Positions 1 to 10,232 are shown, numbered from the stretch's first letter. The stretch: DNA of 64,000 nucleotides from Roseibacillus sp. (GCA_051251855.1 JBPOGI010000006.1:160001-224000), one strand, 5' to 3'. Numbers and translations: made by a program. Notes: generated from the sequence alone by a model not told the origin.

Positions 1-57
1 GACTTCGTGCGTGCCAAGTTGAGGGCAGGGGTGAAAGTCTGTTCCTAAGCCTGTGGG

Positions 58-2484
58 CTACAATTCGATTTTCTCGATTTGTGCGTTGAGTAGGTCGAAA
101 GGCCTGAGCCGAAATGCTTTTGCAAGAACCATGTCAGGCAAGGTGGCGATGCGGGTGTTGTAGGTCTCCACGGAGTCGTTGAAGGAGGTGGAGGCGAAGG
201 CGATTTCGTTTTCGCAGATGGCGAGCTGGCGGGCGAGTTTGTTGAGGGTCTCACCTGCAGCGAGGTCGGGGTAGGCTTCGGCGAGGCCGAGAAGTCGCTG
301 CGAGACTTGGTGAGTAGAGGTGAGCTTTTTGCCAAAGCCTCGCGCGGAATCGGGGCGCTGAGCTTTCACTCGCAGCTGGGCAATGTCTTCTTGGAGATTC
401 TTTTCGTGGGCGAGGGTTGTCTTTGCGATTTCGTTTAAGGCGGGAATGAGGTCGCTGCGTTTTTGCAAGGCGACTTCAATGTTAGACCAAGCGCGCTTGG
501 CTCTTTCGCGAAGAAAAACGAGGTCGTTGTAGTGGAGGAGAATCGCAAAAAGAATCATGAGTGCAGGACCAATGGCGGCGGCTGCGAGATAGCTGGCAGG
601 ATTGAAAGCGCCCATGGTGGCAAAGAGCATGAGGCCTGCAAAAAGGACTGCGGAGAAGGTGAGGCAGAGAATGAGGGACGCGGCCATTCCTCCTCGCCGC
701 AAGAGGCTGTTCTCGCAGAACGAGGAGAGGATGAAGGGAGCTGCTGAGAAAGAGAGGGCTTTGCTTTCAGGCTTGGCGACCAAGAGCGAGTCGCCCGTGT
801 CTTCGTCGAGTCTCGCGTAGCCGAGGGCGTGGAGGGGATCGCCGAGTTTGAGAAAGCGCTCGGTATGTGCTTGGCGGCCTTCGCGGCGAGAGAAAGTTTG
901 CCAGCACTTCATATTGGCGCCCTCGGGGTCGATGGGGATGGCTCCACTTTGGTCTCTGCAAAGGAAGCGTTGCTTTTGGGTTTCGTTATGAATGGTGACC
1001 CACTTGGCGTTCTTGCCCGAGCCGCGCTTCTCTTTGATGGTATAGTGAAAGTAGGTGCACGGTTTGCCAGAGAGCGGGGCAGTGAGGCTCCCAGTCCCGT
1101 CGGGGAGGTCGACGAATCCACCAATCTCTGTAAGTCCATAGCTGACCCCGGCGGCTGGGGTGGTAGGGAGGTTCTCTAACAGTCTCTTCCGAAGGATGGT
1201 GCGGAATCCAAAAAAGAAGGAGGCGAGTCCCAAGGCTAAGGAGACGCAAATGCCGACGATGCCTGCGACTTGAGAGATTTTTGCGGGGATGAATTTTTGG
1301 TCGAGCTTTTGAAGGAAGTCCTCATCACGTGGGGTGAGAGGAACCTCTGGGGTCGCTGGGAGGTTGAGAAAGGGGACGAGGAGAGTGTAAGGAAAGCTCT
1401 CGCTCTGGGCCTCTACTCGTCTGGTGGCCGAGGCGAAGTCGATGCGCACTCTGCGGAGGCGTGTTCGAGTTTTGGCGGGAACTTGTTGGTAATCCGAGAC
1501 GTCGCCTAGGGTGCTCCATGAGCCATCCCAGCTGGCCTGATGGGCGGTGAGCTCCTTTTGAAATAATTCTCGCACGATGACTTCTTGGCGCTGGATGCGA
1601 TCATGGGCGGTGACGAGATCTGACTTCATCATGCGAAAACCTTGGTAGAAAAGCACGCTGCTAACGACGAAGCTGAGAAGGCCAAAGAAGAGGAGAATGC
1701 GATGAAGACCGAGTAGGCCAAATAGGAGGGAGGCTGCACCGGCGAGGAGGCCGAGGCCCAACCAGCAGAGCCAAATGGAACCGATAGACTTGGAGTTGCG
1801 CTCTCCTTGTTCTGACTTCTCAGAAATGATGGGAGTGTAGTCACCTTCCTTGTCAAAGATGATGTGGGTCGAATTGGTTTCTTTGACTTGTTCGAGAAGT
1901 CCGAAGATGAAGAGGCGGTCGCCGGGGTCGATGCGGTGCTCGGTGTAGCGGTAGCGACCACTTTGACGTCGATGTGATTGCTCAATATTGAAATCGATCC
2001 CTTGGGAGGGTTCGACTCGAACGAGGCCTGAGCCGTCGCGGAGGTCGAAGGGCACGAATTCGGTTCGGCTATCGACGGTGACCCAGGTGGTGTCGCCGTC
2101 GGAGTCCTTGTCCTCTCGTTCTTTGAGATAGCTGAAGTAGAGACATTCAGTGCTGGAATCTGGCGCGGAAAGGAGCCGTCCGTTCGGCTCGGCTTGGCGG
2201 GCCCGACCTGCGAGGTTGACTTCGCCGGGAACGGCTGCTGCGACGGAGGTCTGGGGAATGCGGGCAATCTGGCGAACCTCTGCGATGCGTTTGTAGCTGC
2301 AGGTTTGGAGAAAGATGCCGCCAATTACCAAGCCGATGAGGGCGAGGATTTTTAAGAGGTAGAATTTTTGCTTTCCAAGGCTTTCTTTCGGAGGATTGCA
2401 AATGGAGCAAGTGGTCCCGGCGTGGTTTGCGCTTGGGAAGGGTGTTCCGCATTTTTCGCAATCGAGAATTGCCTTCTGAGACAT
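58..2484 (-). CDS. Membrane protein: N-terminal zinc ribbon, two GIDE-like domains and a C-terminal LemA domain
   Basis: CEKC..CSIC; repeated 'L.AP.S...C.YF.Y..(E/K)....W.T.....F..RD.SG...(V/I)(E/D)P.G...RYTE' units; C-terminal 'HYNDLV.LR.RAKRAWSNIEVALQKRSDLIP.L...AEAYPDL...ENEIA..FND.V..YN' is LemA-like. Start set at ATG 2484 because the longer ORF runs into the trxA terminator. Confidence 0.8.
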   Translation of the reverse strand: MSQKAILDCEKCGTPFPSANHAGTTCSICNPPKESLGKQKFYLLKILALIGLVIGGIFLQTCSYKRIAEVRQIARIPQTSVAAAVPGEVNLAGRARQAEPNGRLLSAPDSSTECLYFSYLKEREDKDSDGDTTWVTVDSRTEFVPFDLRDGSGLVRVEPSQGIDFNIEQSHRRQSGRYRYTEHRIDPGDRLFIFGLLEQVKETNSTHIIFDKEGDYTPIISEKSEQGERNSKSIGSIWLCWLGLGLLAGAASLLFGLLGLHRILLFFGLLSFVVSSVLFYQGFRMMKSDLVTAHDRIQRQEVIVRELFQKELTAHQASWDGSWSTLGDVSDYQQVPAKTRTRLRRVRIDFASATRRVEAQSESFPYTLLVPFLNLPATPEVPLTPRDEDFLQKLDQKFIPAKISQVAGIVGICVSLALGLASFFFGFRTILRKRLLENLPTTPAAGVSYGLTEIGGFVDLPDGTGSLTAPLSGKPCTYFHYTIKEKRGSGKNAKWVTIHNETQKQRFLCRDQSGAIPIDPEGANMKCWQTFSRREGRQAHTERFLKLGDPLHALGYARLDEDTGDSLLVAKPESKALSFSAAPFILSSFCENSLLRRGGMAASLILCLTFSAVLFAGLMLFATMGAFNPASYLAAAAIGPALMILFAILLHYNDLVFLRERAKRAWSNIEVALQKRSDLIPALNEIAKTTLAHEKNLQEDIAQLRVKAQRPDSARGFGKKLTSTHQVSQRLLGLAEAYPDLAAGETLNKLARQLAICENEIAFASTSFNDSVETYNTRIATLPDMVLAKAFRLRPFDLLNAQIEKIEL

Positions 2485-2551
2485 GCGGGTAGTCTGCCGT
2501 CTTTGGCAGAAGTTGCGAAGTGAAAAGGTGGATTCGAAATCCAAGGCGTAC

Positions 2552-2581
2552 AAAAAGAGAGGGCCCGAAGACCCTCTCTTT
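2552..2581 (-). terminator. Intrinsic terminator after trxA
   Basis: Minus strand AGAGAGGGTC-TTCG-GGCCCTCTCT followed by T-run. Confidence 0.8.
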
Positions 2582-2607
2582 GAAAAAATGCTTGCTTGTG
2601 GAATCCG

Positions 2608-2934
2608 TTAGGAGAGGAGCGCCTTGAGAGCGTCCTTACTGGAGACTCCGGTTTTGCGTTCAACCTCTTCGCCGTTCTTGAGGACGAGGAAGGTGGGAAT
2701 GGATTGCACTCCGAACTTCTGCGCCAGAGCGGGGCTCTCGTCGACGTTCACCTTCGCAATTGTAGCCTCGCCGGCCAAATCTTGAGCGAGTTGCTCAAGG
2801 ACGGGGTTCATCTGCTTACAAGGGCCACACCATTCTGCCCAGAAGTCGACGAGCACGGGTCCAGTCGCTTTGGAAAGTTCAAATTCGAAGTTATCAGCAT
2901 TCAGCTTTTTGATTTCGTTTTTTTCTGTAGTCAT
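2608..2934 (-). CDS. trxA: Thioredoxin
   Basis: VLVDFWAEWCGPCK active site, SIPT cis-Pro motif; start at MTTEK. Confidence 0.95.
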   Translation of the reverse strand: MTTEKNEIKKLNADNFEFELSKATGPVLVDFWAEWCGPCKQMNPVLEQLAQDLAGEATIAKVNVDESPALAQKFGVQSIPTFLVLKNGEEVERKTGVSSKDALKALLS

Positions 2935-2990
2935 CGTTTTATCCTTTAGACATGGATGAGAGTGATGGCTCGTGAACTTTATTCCCGAGC

Positions 2991-3647
2991 TTAGAGATTT
3001 GATTGAATTTGACGTTTGAAGGCGGCCCACTTGGCACCGTATTTGTTACCGTCGAGCAGCGGCTTAGGGCAGGCTTTGAAGCCGAGATTTTTTCCGTCGG
3101 AGTAGCGAATGCGTTCCCAGTTGTTGTGGCCGACGACGCGGCTGATGGGGATGTTGTGCTGCCTCATAAGCTGGGCAACAAGCTTGGCGGTCCGGGCCTT
3201 GGTGGCGGTGAAGGAGCCGTCGCGGTTCTCACACATTTCGATGCCAATGGAGTATTTGTTACCGGTGCCTTCATAGTCGGCGTGTTGGCCTTGCTCGTTG
3301 GTGGGGAGGCTTTGGTAGATTTCTCTGGAGTCGACGCTGAAGTGCCAGGTGAGATAGCCAAGAGAGTTGTTCTTGGATTTGAGGCCGCCTCGTTTGAGGA
3401 TTTTGGCATGAGTACGCGCGCCGGCTCCAGAACCGTAGCTCTGGGTGGTGTGGACGGTGATGTAGCGAGGGGACATCGACCGCATCTGGTGGCGCCCATA
3501 TTGGCCGGGGGTGACCATGAGGGAGACGTTGACTCCGGCGGGAGTGGAATGATCGTGGCGAGTGAATCCACCACCACCGCCGCCTGAACTGGAAGGTCCG
3601 CAAGTGGCGAGCAGGAGGGGAAGGGCAAGAGCGAGGAGTTTCTTCAT
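2991..3647 (-). CDS. Lipoprotein N-acetylmuramoyl-L-alanine amidase (Amidase_2 type)
   Basis: Lipobox LLATC; YITVHTT, WHFSVD, SIGIEMCE, VVGH, KACP motifs. Confidence 0.85.
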   Translation of the reverse strand: MKKLLALALPLLLATCGPSSSGGGGGGFTRHDHSTPAGVNVSLMVTPGQYGRHQMRSMSPRYITVHTTQSYGSGAGARTHAKILKRGGLKSKNNSLGYLTWHFSVDSREIYQSLPTNEQGQHADYEGTGNKYSIGIEMCENRDGSFTATKARTAKLVAQLMRQHNIPISRVVGHNNWERIRYSDGKNLGFKACPKPLLDGNKYGAKWAAFKRQIQSNL

Positions 3648-3789
3648 GATTTCGCTGGAAATCTTGAACTCACCCTCGGCTTTTATCGAGTTCTCTTTTT
3701 GAGTGAGTAAGGAGACTCAACCACGAAGAAAGGTGTGCAGAAAATTACAGTAGCCAGAGCAGACGTAGCGGATTAGTTTACAGGTTCTT

Positions 3790-6700
3790 ATGAACGCGCT
3801 TCCCCCCTTGGCCGTAGCGATTTTGCTCCCCCTCTCATTTACTCTCTTTGCATCAATTTCGTTGTCTGCCCAAGATTTACGTATCAACGAGTTCATGGCT
3901 GCGAATGATACGGTCTACCCTGACAATGCGGATTTCGACGATTATTCGGATTGGATTGAGCTTCATAACACGACCGGGACGGCGGTGAGTCTGGATGGCT
4001 ACTATTTGACAGATGATTTAACCGCTCCGACGAAGTGGGCCTTTCCTGCCGGTTCGAGTATCGAGGCGGGTGGCTTCTTGATAGTTCGAGCGGATGGGTT
4101 TGATGCGGGTCCGGGGGAGTCTTTTTCGAGGGGATATCATCCTTTTGGAACCAACTTCACGACACGGAATTATCATGCTTCTTTCAAATTAAGTTCGGAA
4201 GGGGAAGCGGTGGGGCTCTTTCGATCGGAGACTCCGCCCGCGGAGGTCACCTTGATTGAGGAGAATGCGGACTGGAAGTATCTCGATCTGGGAACGGATC
4301 CGGGGGCGAATTGGAATACGGTTTCTTTTGATGATGGCGCGTGGTCTTCGGGGCCGGCCCCTTTGGGTTATGGGGACTCCTTTATTGCCACGACGGTGGA
4401 CTTCGGTCCGGATAGTAGTGAGAAGTTTGCGACGACTCACTTTCGACATCACTTCACGGTGACGGATGCGGCCTCGATCACTCATGTGCAGTTGAGATTG
4501 CAGGTGGATGATAGTGCGGTGGTTTATCTAAACGGCATGGAGGTGGCGCGACCCAACATGCCGACGGAGCCGGTCAGTTATCTTGATTACTCGGGGAAGG
4601 TAGCGCCTAACGAAGATGTTTTGGAAGTGGTGGAATTGAGTGGTTTTCCTCTGGTTGAGGGAGACAACGTGCTTGCGGTGGAGGTGCATCAGGAATCGGG
4701 AACGAGCAGTGATATTGCCCTCGATGCGGAGTTGATTGTGGAGGTGATCACCAGTCCTGCGATTTTGTTAGATTCGGTGACTTATGGGCCGCAGATTTCG
4801 GATGTGTCTTTTGGGCGCGATAGTGGTTCGGCTTGGAAGTCCTTTGGGGAGCCGACTCCGGCGGCGGGGAATACGACTCCGAGTTTGTTGGAGCCTTTTG
4901 CGACTGCTCCGGAGGTGACGGCTTCTGTAGATAGCGGCTTTTATAGTGGGAGTGAAACGGTGACCCTTGCGAGTCCGGGCACGGGGACGATTCACTATAC
5001 ATTGGATGGTTCGAATCCGACTGTGGCATCGCCGGTGTATTCGGCTGGAATCGTGGTGACGGAGACTACCATTTTACGGGCGCGGGTTTTTGAGGCGGGT
5101 TTGATTCCCGGGCCGATTTTGTTGCGCTCCTATTTCTTGGGGGCGGATGCGACGCCGCAGCTTCCGGTGTTTTCCTTTGTGGGGGATCCGGAGACTTTGT
5201 TCGGGGACGATATTGGGATTTATGAGAACGACACTCCCTATGTTTTCAAGGGACGGGAGGTTCCAATTCAGTTGGAGTTCTTTGAGCAGGACCAGTCGTT
5301 GGCCTTTGCGATCAATGCGGGGGCGCGTATCGGGGGAGAGAATATTTGGACCAAGGCGCAGAAGCCATTCAATGTTTATTGTCGGGGAAAGTATGGGGAT
5401 GACTTTGTGCCTTACCAGTTATTCCCCAATGAGGCGGTGGGGATTTTTGGGGAGTTTAGTTTGCGCAATGGCGGCGATGATTGGGAGGAGACCTTGATGC
5501 GTGATGGCATGATGGCGCCGCAGCTGCGGGGGCAAGTGGAGTCCAGTTTGTATTCCTATCGACCGAGTGCGCTTTTCCTCAACGGAGATTTTTGGGGCAT
5601 TTACAATATTCGCAAGCGTCTCGATGAGGTGAGCTTTGCACAGGAGCAGTATCTGAGTGAGGCGGACTATGATGTCGTGCAATGGGGAAACAACGAGAAC
5701 GGGGACACGGTATTGCAGGCGGAGACGGGGACGACGGAGCGGTATCTGGAGTTGCTCGATTTCTTAGCAGCCAATGATGAATCGGACCCAGTGGTTTACG
5801 CGCAAATCGAGGAGTTGGTGAATGTGGATTCCTTTATCGATTATGTGGTGGCGACGGACTTCGCGGTAAATACGAGTTGGTCACACAATCGGGAGTTTTG
5901 GTCCGGTAAGACGCCAGGGTCGAAGTGGCAGTGGATCATCAATGACTTTGACCGCGGTTTTTCTGTGGAAAATGTCGGAGGTTCGCTCATCGATAATTTT
6001 CGTGACGATTACACGTTCTTTCGGGCATTGGATAATAATGACCTCTTTGTGGACCGGCTGATTCAGCGTTATGCCGCTCATGTGGGGAGCACGTTCTTTT
6101 CACAGCGTTTCGATGATGTGTTAGAGGGTTTGGTCGCGGAGCAGGAGGGTGAAATTGCGCGGCATATTGCGCGGTGGAGTGCGGAGGGAGGCATCTCTAG
6201 CGCGACGAAGCGTTTGGATGAGATCGCCCAGATTAAGCAGTTTGTAGTGGACCGTCCGGCGAATGCGTTGAGTCGCTTGCAGTTGGAGTTGGGCATCAGT
6301 CGGGCGAGTGCGGATTTGACTTTGACGGCATCGCCAGCGGCGGGAGGCTCGATTGAGTTGGCGGGCGTTCCGTTGTTCTTGAGCTACAACAATGTTCTTT
6401 CTCTTTTTCAGGATACTCCGGTGGAGGTGACGGCGGTGGCTGCCCCTGGGTTTGCGTTTTCTTCGTGGAGTAATGGTTCCACGGATGCGACCATTGAGGT
6501 GACGCTGACGGGAGCGCTGGCGTTGACGGCGAACTTCCTCAGTGGTGCGGAGACAGTTTTGGGAACGCCTATTGCGATGAATACGACGCTCATTTCGGCA
6601 AACTCGCCTTATGTGATTGAGGGAGATTTGGTGGTTGAGGCGGGAGCGACTCTGACGATTGAGGAAGGAGTGACGGTCTTGATGACCAAGGGGTCTTCGG

Positions 6701-9045
6701 TGAGAGTCTATGGCACTTTGGATGTGAATGGCACGGAGGCGGCTCCGGTTTCCTTTCTTGCGCGCGACGGAGGTTCCTGGGGAAATATTGGGTTTGTAGA
6801 TACCACCACGACTTCGGAGATGAGTCATGTTATCATCCGGAATGCGACGGTGAGTGGGTTTGATCCGTTGAATCTAAAGGGGGCGATTTCGGGATACAAT
6901 GCGACTATCGCGTTAGATCATCTCGATATTGTGGGGCCGTCGCCGGTCTTTGCTCGATTTGGGTCCACCACTTTATTGGAAAGTGAAGTTTTCATCACCT
7001 TTACGGGAGATGGCATTAATGTAAAGTCGGGTGACGGCTGGGTGGAGGGTTGCACCTTTACCGGTAACACTTCGGTGGATACGGACGCTATTGACTTTGA
7101 TGGGGTGACAAATGGGGTGATTCGGGATAATCGGATTTACGCTTTCCGAGGGGATAATAGTGATGGGGTGGATGTGGGCGAAGGCTGCGTGAACCTCCTA
7201 CTGGAGGGGAATCGGATTTACAATAATTCGGATAAGGGCGTTTCGGTAGGGCAAGGTTCGGAAGTCGTGATGCGGCAGAATTTGATTGTGGGTTGCGACT
7301 TGGGGGTGGGGGTGAAGGACGCGGGTTCGACGGTGCTGGTGGACCAGAATACTTTTTCGCGTAATACGATAGGGGTTTGGTCCTATGAGAAGAACCTCGG
7401 TGCTGGCGGGGGTGCGGCGACGGTAACGAATTGCATTTTCTCGGCATCGAAGGATACGGATGTGTTGGTGGACTCGCTTTCTATGTTAAGTGCTTCGTAT
7501 TGTTTGTCCGATACGCTACCGATTGCGGGTTCGAATAATTTTGTGGGTGACCCTCAGTTTACGAATGCAGGGATTTATGATTTTTCGCTCCTGATCACTT
7601 CGCCTGCGATTGATGCGGGTGACCCAACGCATGCTCTGGACCCCGATAGCACGCAGGCGGATATGGGGATGGCCTATATTTATGATCCATTGGATTACCC
7701 GTTCCTGCCGCCGAATTCGATCGTGATTAATGAGCTGCTGAGTAATTCGGCTGGCTTGGGTGATTGGATCGAACTCTACAATAGCAGCACCGAAGCGGTT
7801 GACCTCGGGGGGTGGTATCTGAGCGATAGCGGGACGGACCTACAGAAGTATCGTATTGCTGATGGGACGATTCTTGAGGGCGGGGAGTATGTGGTTTTCA
7901 CGGAGAACCAGCACTTCGGGGAGACGAGTTCGGATATCGGAGTGATTTCGCCGTTTGCGCTGAGTGCCAATGGGGAGACGGCTTATGTTTACAAGCCGGC
8001 GGTGGGGCTCGATCTAGAGTATCTCGAGAGTGAGGACTTTGGAGCGGCTTCCGATGGGGTGACTTTCGGGCGCTACTTTAAGGAGAGTTCGGGCACCTTC
8101 AACTTTGTGGCGATGTCGCTGCCGACCTTTGGAGCGGTGAATGCGTTCCCTGAAGTGGGGCCCATTGTAATGAGCGAAATTATGTATCATCCCGAGTTGA
8201 ATTCGGATGCGGAGTATTTGGAGCTGCTCAATATTTCGAACGATGCAGTCACTCTTTATGATGCGGTGAGTGGAGAGGGGTGGGCCTTTACGAATGGGAT
8301 CACTTACTCTTTTCCGACGAGCTCTCCGGTGACTTTGCAGGCGGGGGGGCGGTTGATTTTGACGCGGAATATTGCGGTCTTCAATAGCACGTATGGCAGC
8401 GGGGTCCCGGTGGGGACTCAGATTTTGCAGTGGACGGCAGGAGGCCTGAGCAATGGAGGAGAGTCGTTGCAGCTCTCCAAGCCTGGTGGGTTGGACGATG
8501 AGTTGGTGCGTCAGTTTATCCGAGTGGACCGCGTCAATTATTTGGATGAATTGCCATGGCCCAGTGTGGCGGATGGTGGTGGGCCATCTTTGGAGCGCAT
8601 CAATGTTTTTGCTTATGGCAATGATTCTGCGAATTGGGCCGCGGAAGTCGCGTCACCTGGCTCGCCGGAAGGATTGGAGAATTTCACGCAGTGGGCGAGC
8701 GACTCATTATTGCCCGCTGGGCTGGATGATCCCTATGACGACGCGGATGGCGATGGCTTGAACAATTTGTTAGAATATGCACTGGGGACGCCGCCGCTGA
8801 ACGTCACGAATCCGGACTATGTTTCTTTAGAAATGTCGGGAACGGGGGCGGTGGTAGACTTTACGATTCCGGTGATTCGGGATGACCTACTTTATGGGAT
8901 CGAGGCATCGACTTCCTTGGAGAGTGAAAGCTGGAGTTATTTGGCGGCGACCTTTGAGGACGATAACGGGAATATGGTATTGCGGGCGGTGGATACCAGT
9001 GGGGGTGTAAAGCTGTTCTTTCGGTTGGTCGTGATGGAGAGGTAG
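3790..9045 (+). CDS. Secreted CotH-kinase-family protein with lamin-tail domains, Fn3-like (YTLDGS.P) domain and right-handed beta-helix
   Basis: Signal peptide; three lamin-tail units (INEFMAAN..DWIELHN, INELLSN..DWIELYN, MSEIMYHP..EYLELLN); CotH-like LFLNGDFWGIY and KWQWIINDFDRGF; DAIDFD/DGVDVG beta-helix repeats. Confidence 0.85.
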   Translation: MNALPPLAVAILLPLSFTLFASISLSAQDLRINEFMAANDTVYPDNADFDDYSDWIELHNTTGTAVSLDGYYLTDDLTAPTKWAFPAGSSIEAGGFLIVRADGFDAGPGESFSRGYHPFGTNFTTRNYHASFKLSSEGEAVGLFRSETPPAEVTLIEENADWKYLDLGTDPGANWNTVSFDDGAWSSGPAPLGYGDSFIATTVDFGPDSSEKFATTHFRHHFTVTDAASITHVQLRLQVDDSAVVYLNGMEVARPNMPTEPVSYLDYSGKVAPNEDVLEVVELSGFPLVEGDNVLAVEVHQESGTSSDIALDAELIVEVITSPAILLDSVTYGPQISDVSFGRDSGSAWKSFGEPTPAAGNTTPSLLEPFATAPEVTASVDSGFYSGSETVTLASPGTGTIHYTLDGSNPTVASPVYSAGIVVTETTILRARVFEAGLIPGPILLRSYFLGADATPQLPVFSFVGDPETLFGDDIGIYENDTPYVFKGREVPIQLEFFEQDQSLAFAINAGARIGGENIWTKAQKPFNVYCRGKYGDDFVPYQLFPNEAVGIFGEFSLRNGGDDWEETLMRDGMMAPQLRGQVESSLYSYRPSALFLNGDFWGIYNIRKRLDEVSFAQEQYLSEADYDVVQWGNNENGDTVLQAETGTTERYLELLDFLAANDESDPVVYAQIEELVNVDSFIDYVVATDFAVNTSWSHNREFWSGKTPGSKWQWIINDFDRGFSVENVGGSLIDNFRDDYTFFRALDNNDLFVDRLIQRYAAHVGSTFFSQRFDDVLEGLVAEQEGEIARHIARWSAEGGISSATKRLDEIAQIKQFVVDRPANALSRLQLELGISRASADLTLTASPAAGGSIELAGVPLFLSYNNVLSLFQDTPVEVTAVAAPGFAFSSWSNGSTDATIEVTLTGALALTANFLSGAETVLGTPIAMNTTLISANSPYVIEGDLVVEAGATLTIEEGVTVLMTKGSSVRVYGTLDVNGTEAAPVSFLARDGGSWGNIGFVDTTTTSEMSHVIIRNATVSGFDPLNLKGAISGYNATIALDHLDIVGPSPVFARFGSTTLLESEVFITFTGDGINVKSGDGWVEGCTFTGNTSVDTDAIDFDGVTNGVIRDNRIYAFRGDNSDGVDVGEGCVNLLLEGNRIYNNSDKGVSVGQGSEVVMRQNLIVGCDLGVGVKDAGSTVLVDQNTFSRNTIGVWSYEKNLGAGGGAATVTNCIFSASKDTDVLVDSLSMLSASYCLSDTLPIAGSNNFVGDPQFTNAGIYDFSLLITSPAIDAGDPTHALDPDSTQADMGMAYIYDPLDYPFLPPNSIVINELLSNSAGLGDWIELYNSSTEAVDLGGWYLSDSGTDLQKYRIADGTILEGGEYVVFTENQHFGETSSDIGVISPFALSANGETAYVYKPAVGLDLEYLESEDFGAASDGVTFGRYFKESSGTFNFVAMSLPTFGAVNAFPEVGPIVMSEIMYHPELNSDAEYLELLNISNDAVTLYDAVSGEGWAFTNGITYSFPTSSPVTLQAGGRLILTRNIAVFNSTYGSGVPVGTQILQWTAGGLSNGGESLQLSKPGGLDDELVRQFIRVDRVNYLDELPWPSVADGGGPSLERINVFAYGNDSANWAAEVASPGSPEGLENFTQWASDSLLPAGLDDPYDDADGDGLNNLLEYALGTPPLNVTNPDYVSLEMSGTGAVVDFTIPVIRDDLLYGIEASTSLESESWSYLAATFEDDNGNMVLRAVDTSGGVKLFFRLVVMER

Positions 9046-9057
9046 AGAAGGTTTCCT

Positions 9058-9930
9058 TTACTCGATGTTCTGAACCTGTTCGCGGATTTTTTCGAGCTCG
9101 GTTTTTGCTGCCACGATGTGGTGAGCGATTTCGGAGTTGTTGGCTTTGGAGCCAATAGTATTGAATTCGCGGTTGAGCTCTTGGCAGAGAAAGTCGAGAG
9201 GGCGGCCGACGGGTTCGGTGGCGGTGAGGAGTTCGCTAAATTTTTGGAAGTGGGCGGCGAGGCGGGTGAGCTCTTCGGAGATATCGCAGCGGTCGCAGAA
9301 GAGGGCGATTTCTTTGAGAACACGCTCGTCGGAGGGGTCGATGTCGAGACCGGCGTCTTTGAGTCGTTGGGTGAGGAGTTCTCGCTGACGGATGGGAACG
9401 GAGGGGGCGATTTGCGTGATGGTTTCGGTGAGGGCTTGGAGAGTGACGAGGCGTTGGGCGAGGTCGGTCTTGAGGGCTTGGCCTTCTTCACCGCGTGCGA
9501 TGGAAAGGGCTTCGAGGGCTTTGGTGAGGGCGGGTTCGAGGGCGGGGAGGACTTGTTCGAGGTCGTAACCTTTTTCGATGAGGAATTGATCGGATTGGCG
9601 GAGGAGGTCTTGGGCGGTGAGGTCGAAGGATTGTCCAAGGTCTTGGGAGAGTTGGTCGAAAGCGGTTTTGAGCGCTTGGGCCTTGGGGGTGTCGATTTCT
9701 AAGGAAGAGACGCTGGCGTCGAGGGCGGTAAGCTTGATGGCGAGATTGACGCGCCCACGGGAGAAGCGGGCGAGGGCTTTCTTGCGAAGAACGGGTTCGA
9801 GTTCGGCGAGGCCGCGGGGCATGCTGAAGGAGACTTCGGCTTGCTTACGATTGACGGAAGAGGCTTCTACCTCGGCGTGGAAGGTGGCGGTGGTGGCTTC
9901 GCCTCGGCCAAAGCCGGTCATGGATTGCAT
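9058..9930 (-). CDS. yicC: YicC/YloC family endoribonuclease
   Basis: MQSMTGFG, SVNRK, DISEELTRL..H, GRPLDFLCQELNREFNTIGSK, EKIREQVQNIE. Confidence 0.93.
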   Translation of the reverse strand: MQSMTGFGRGEATTATFHAEVEASSVNRKQAEVSFSMPRGLAELEPVLRKKALARFSRGRVNLAIKLTALDASVSSLEIDTPKAQALKTAFDQLSQDLGQSFDLTAQDLLRQSDQFLIEKGYDLEQVLPALEPALTKALEALSIARGEEGQALKTDLAQRLVTLQALTETITQIAPSVPIRQRELLTQRLKDAGLDIDPSDERVLKEIALFCDRCDISEELTRLAAHFQKFSELLTATEPVGRPLDFLCQELNREFNTIGSKANNSEIAHHIVAAKTELEKIREQVQNIE

Positions 9931-10003
9931 GGGGGAGGTTTACGCGATTTTGGGGCGGGGATCGCGTTTCTTTTTTAGGGAAATGGGTGGGTGGTTTTTT
10001 TGG

Positions 10004-10104
10004 ACAGAATCAACAGAATTTTGATGGGGCAGTGTGCTATTCGACAGGATTTACAGGATTAAGCAGGATTTTTTTGTCCACGAATCTCGCGAATCTGCAC
10101 GAAT
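10004..10104 (+). repeat. Three clusters of ~9-nt-period short direct repeats
   Basis: ACAGAAT x2 (10004, 10013); ACAGGAT/ACAGGAT/GCAGGAT (10044, 10053, 10063); ACGAAT/GCGAAT/ACGAAT (10080, 10089, 10099). Confidence 0.75.
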
Positions 10105-10232
10105 TTTTTTGGGCTGAAGAAGGAAGGAGGTTGGGGGAGGGTACCTACGGTTCAGTGCTTTGGTTTTTGAGTTTTTGAACATTTGGTTTTTCAAGGCCTC
10201 TGACGTGTCTTGAGGCGTGAAGTTGTCCGCAC

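Noticed and set aside
2935..3030. N-terminal extension of thioredoxin in the ORF track
   Set aside because: Overlaps the amidase gene; the ATG at 2934 gives a normal-length thioredoxin
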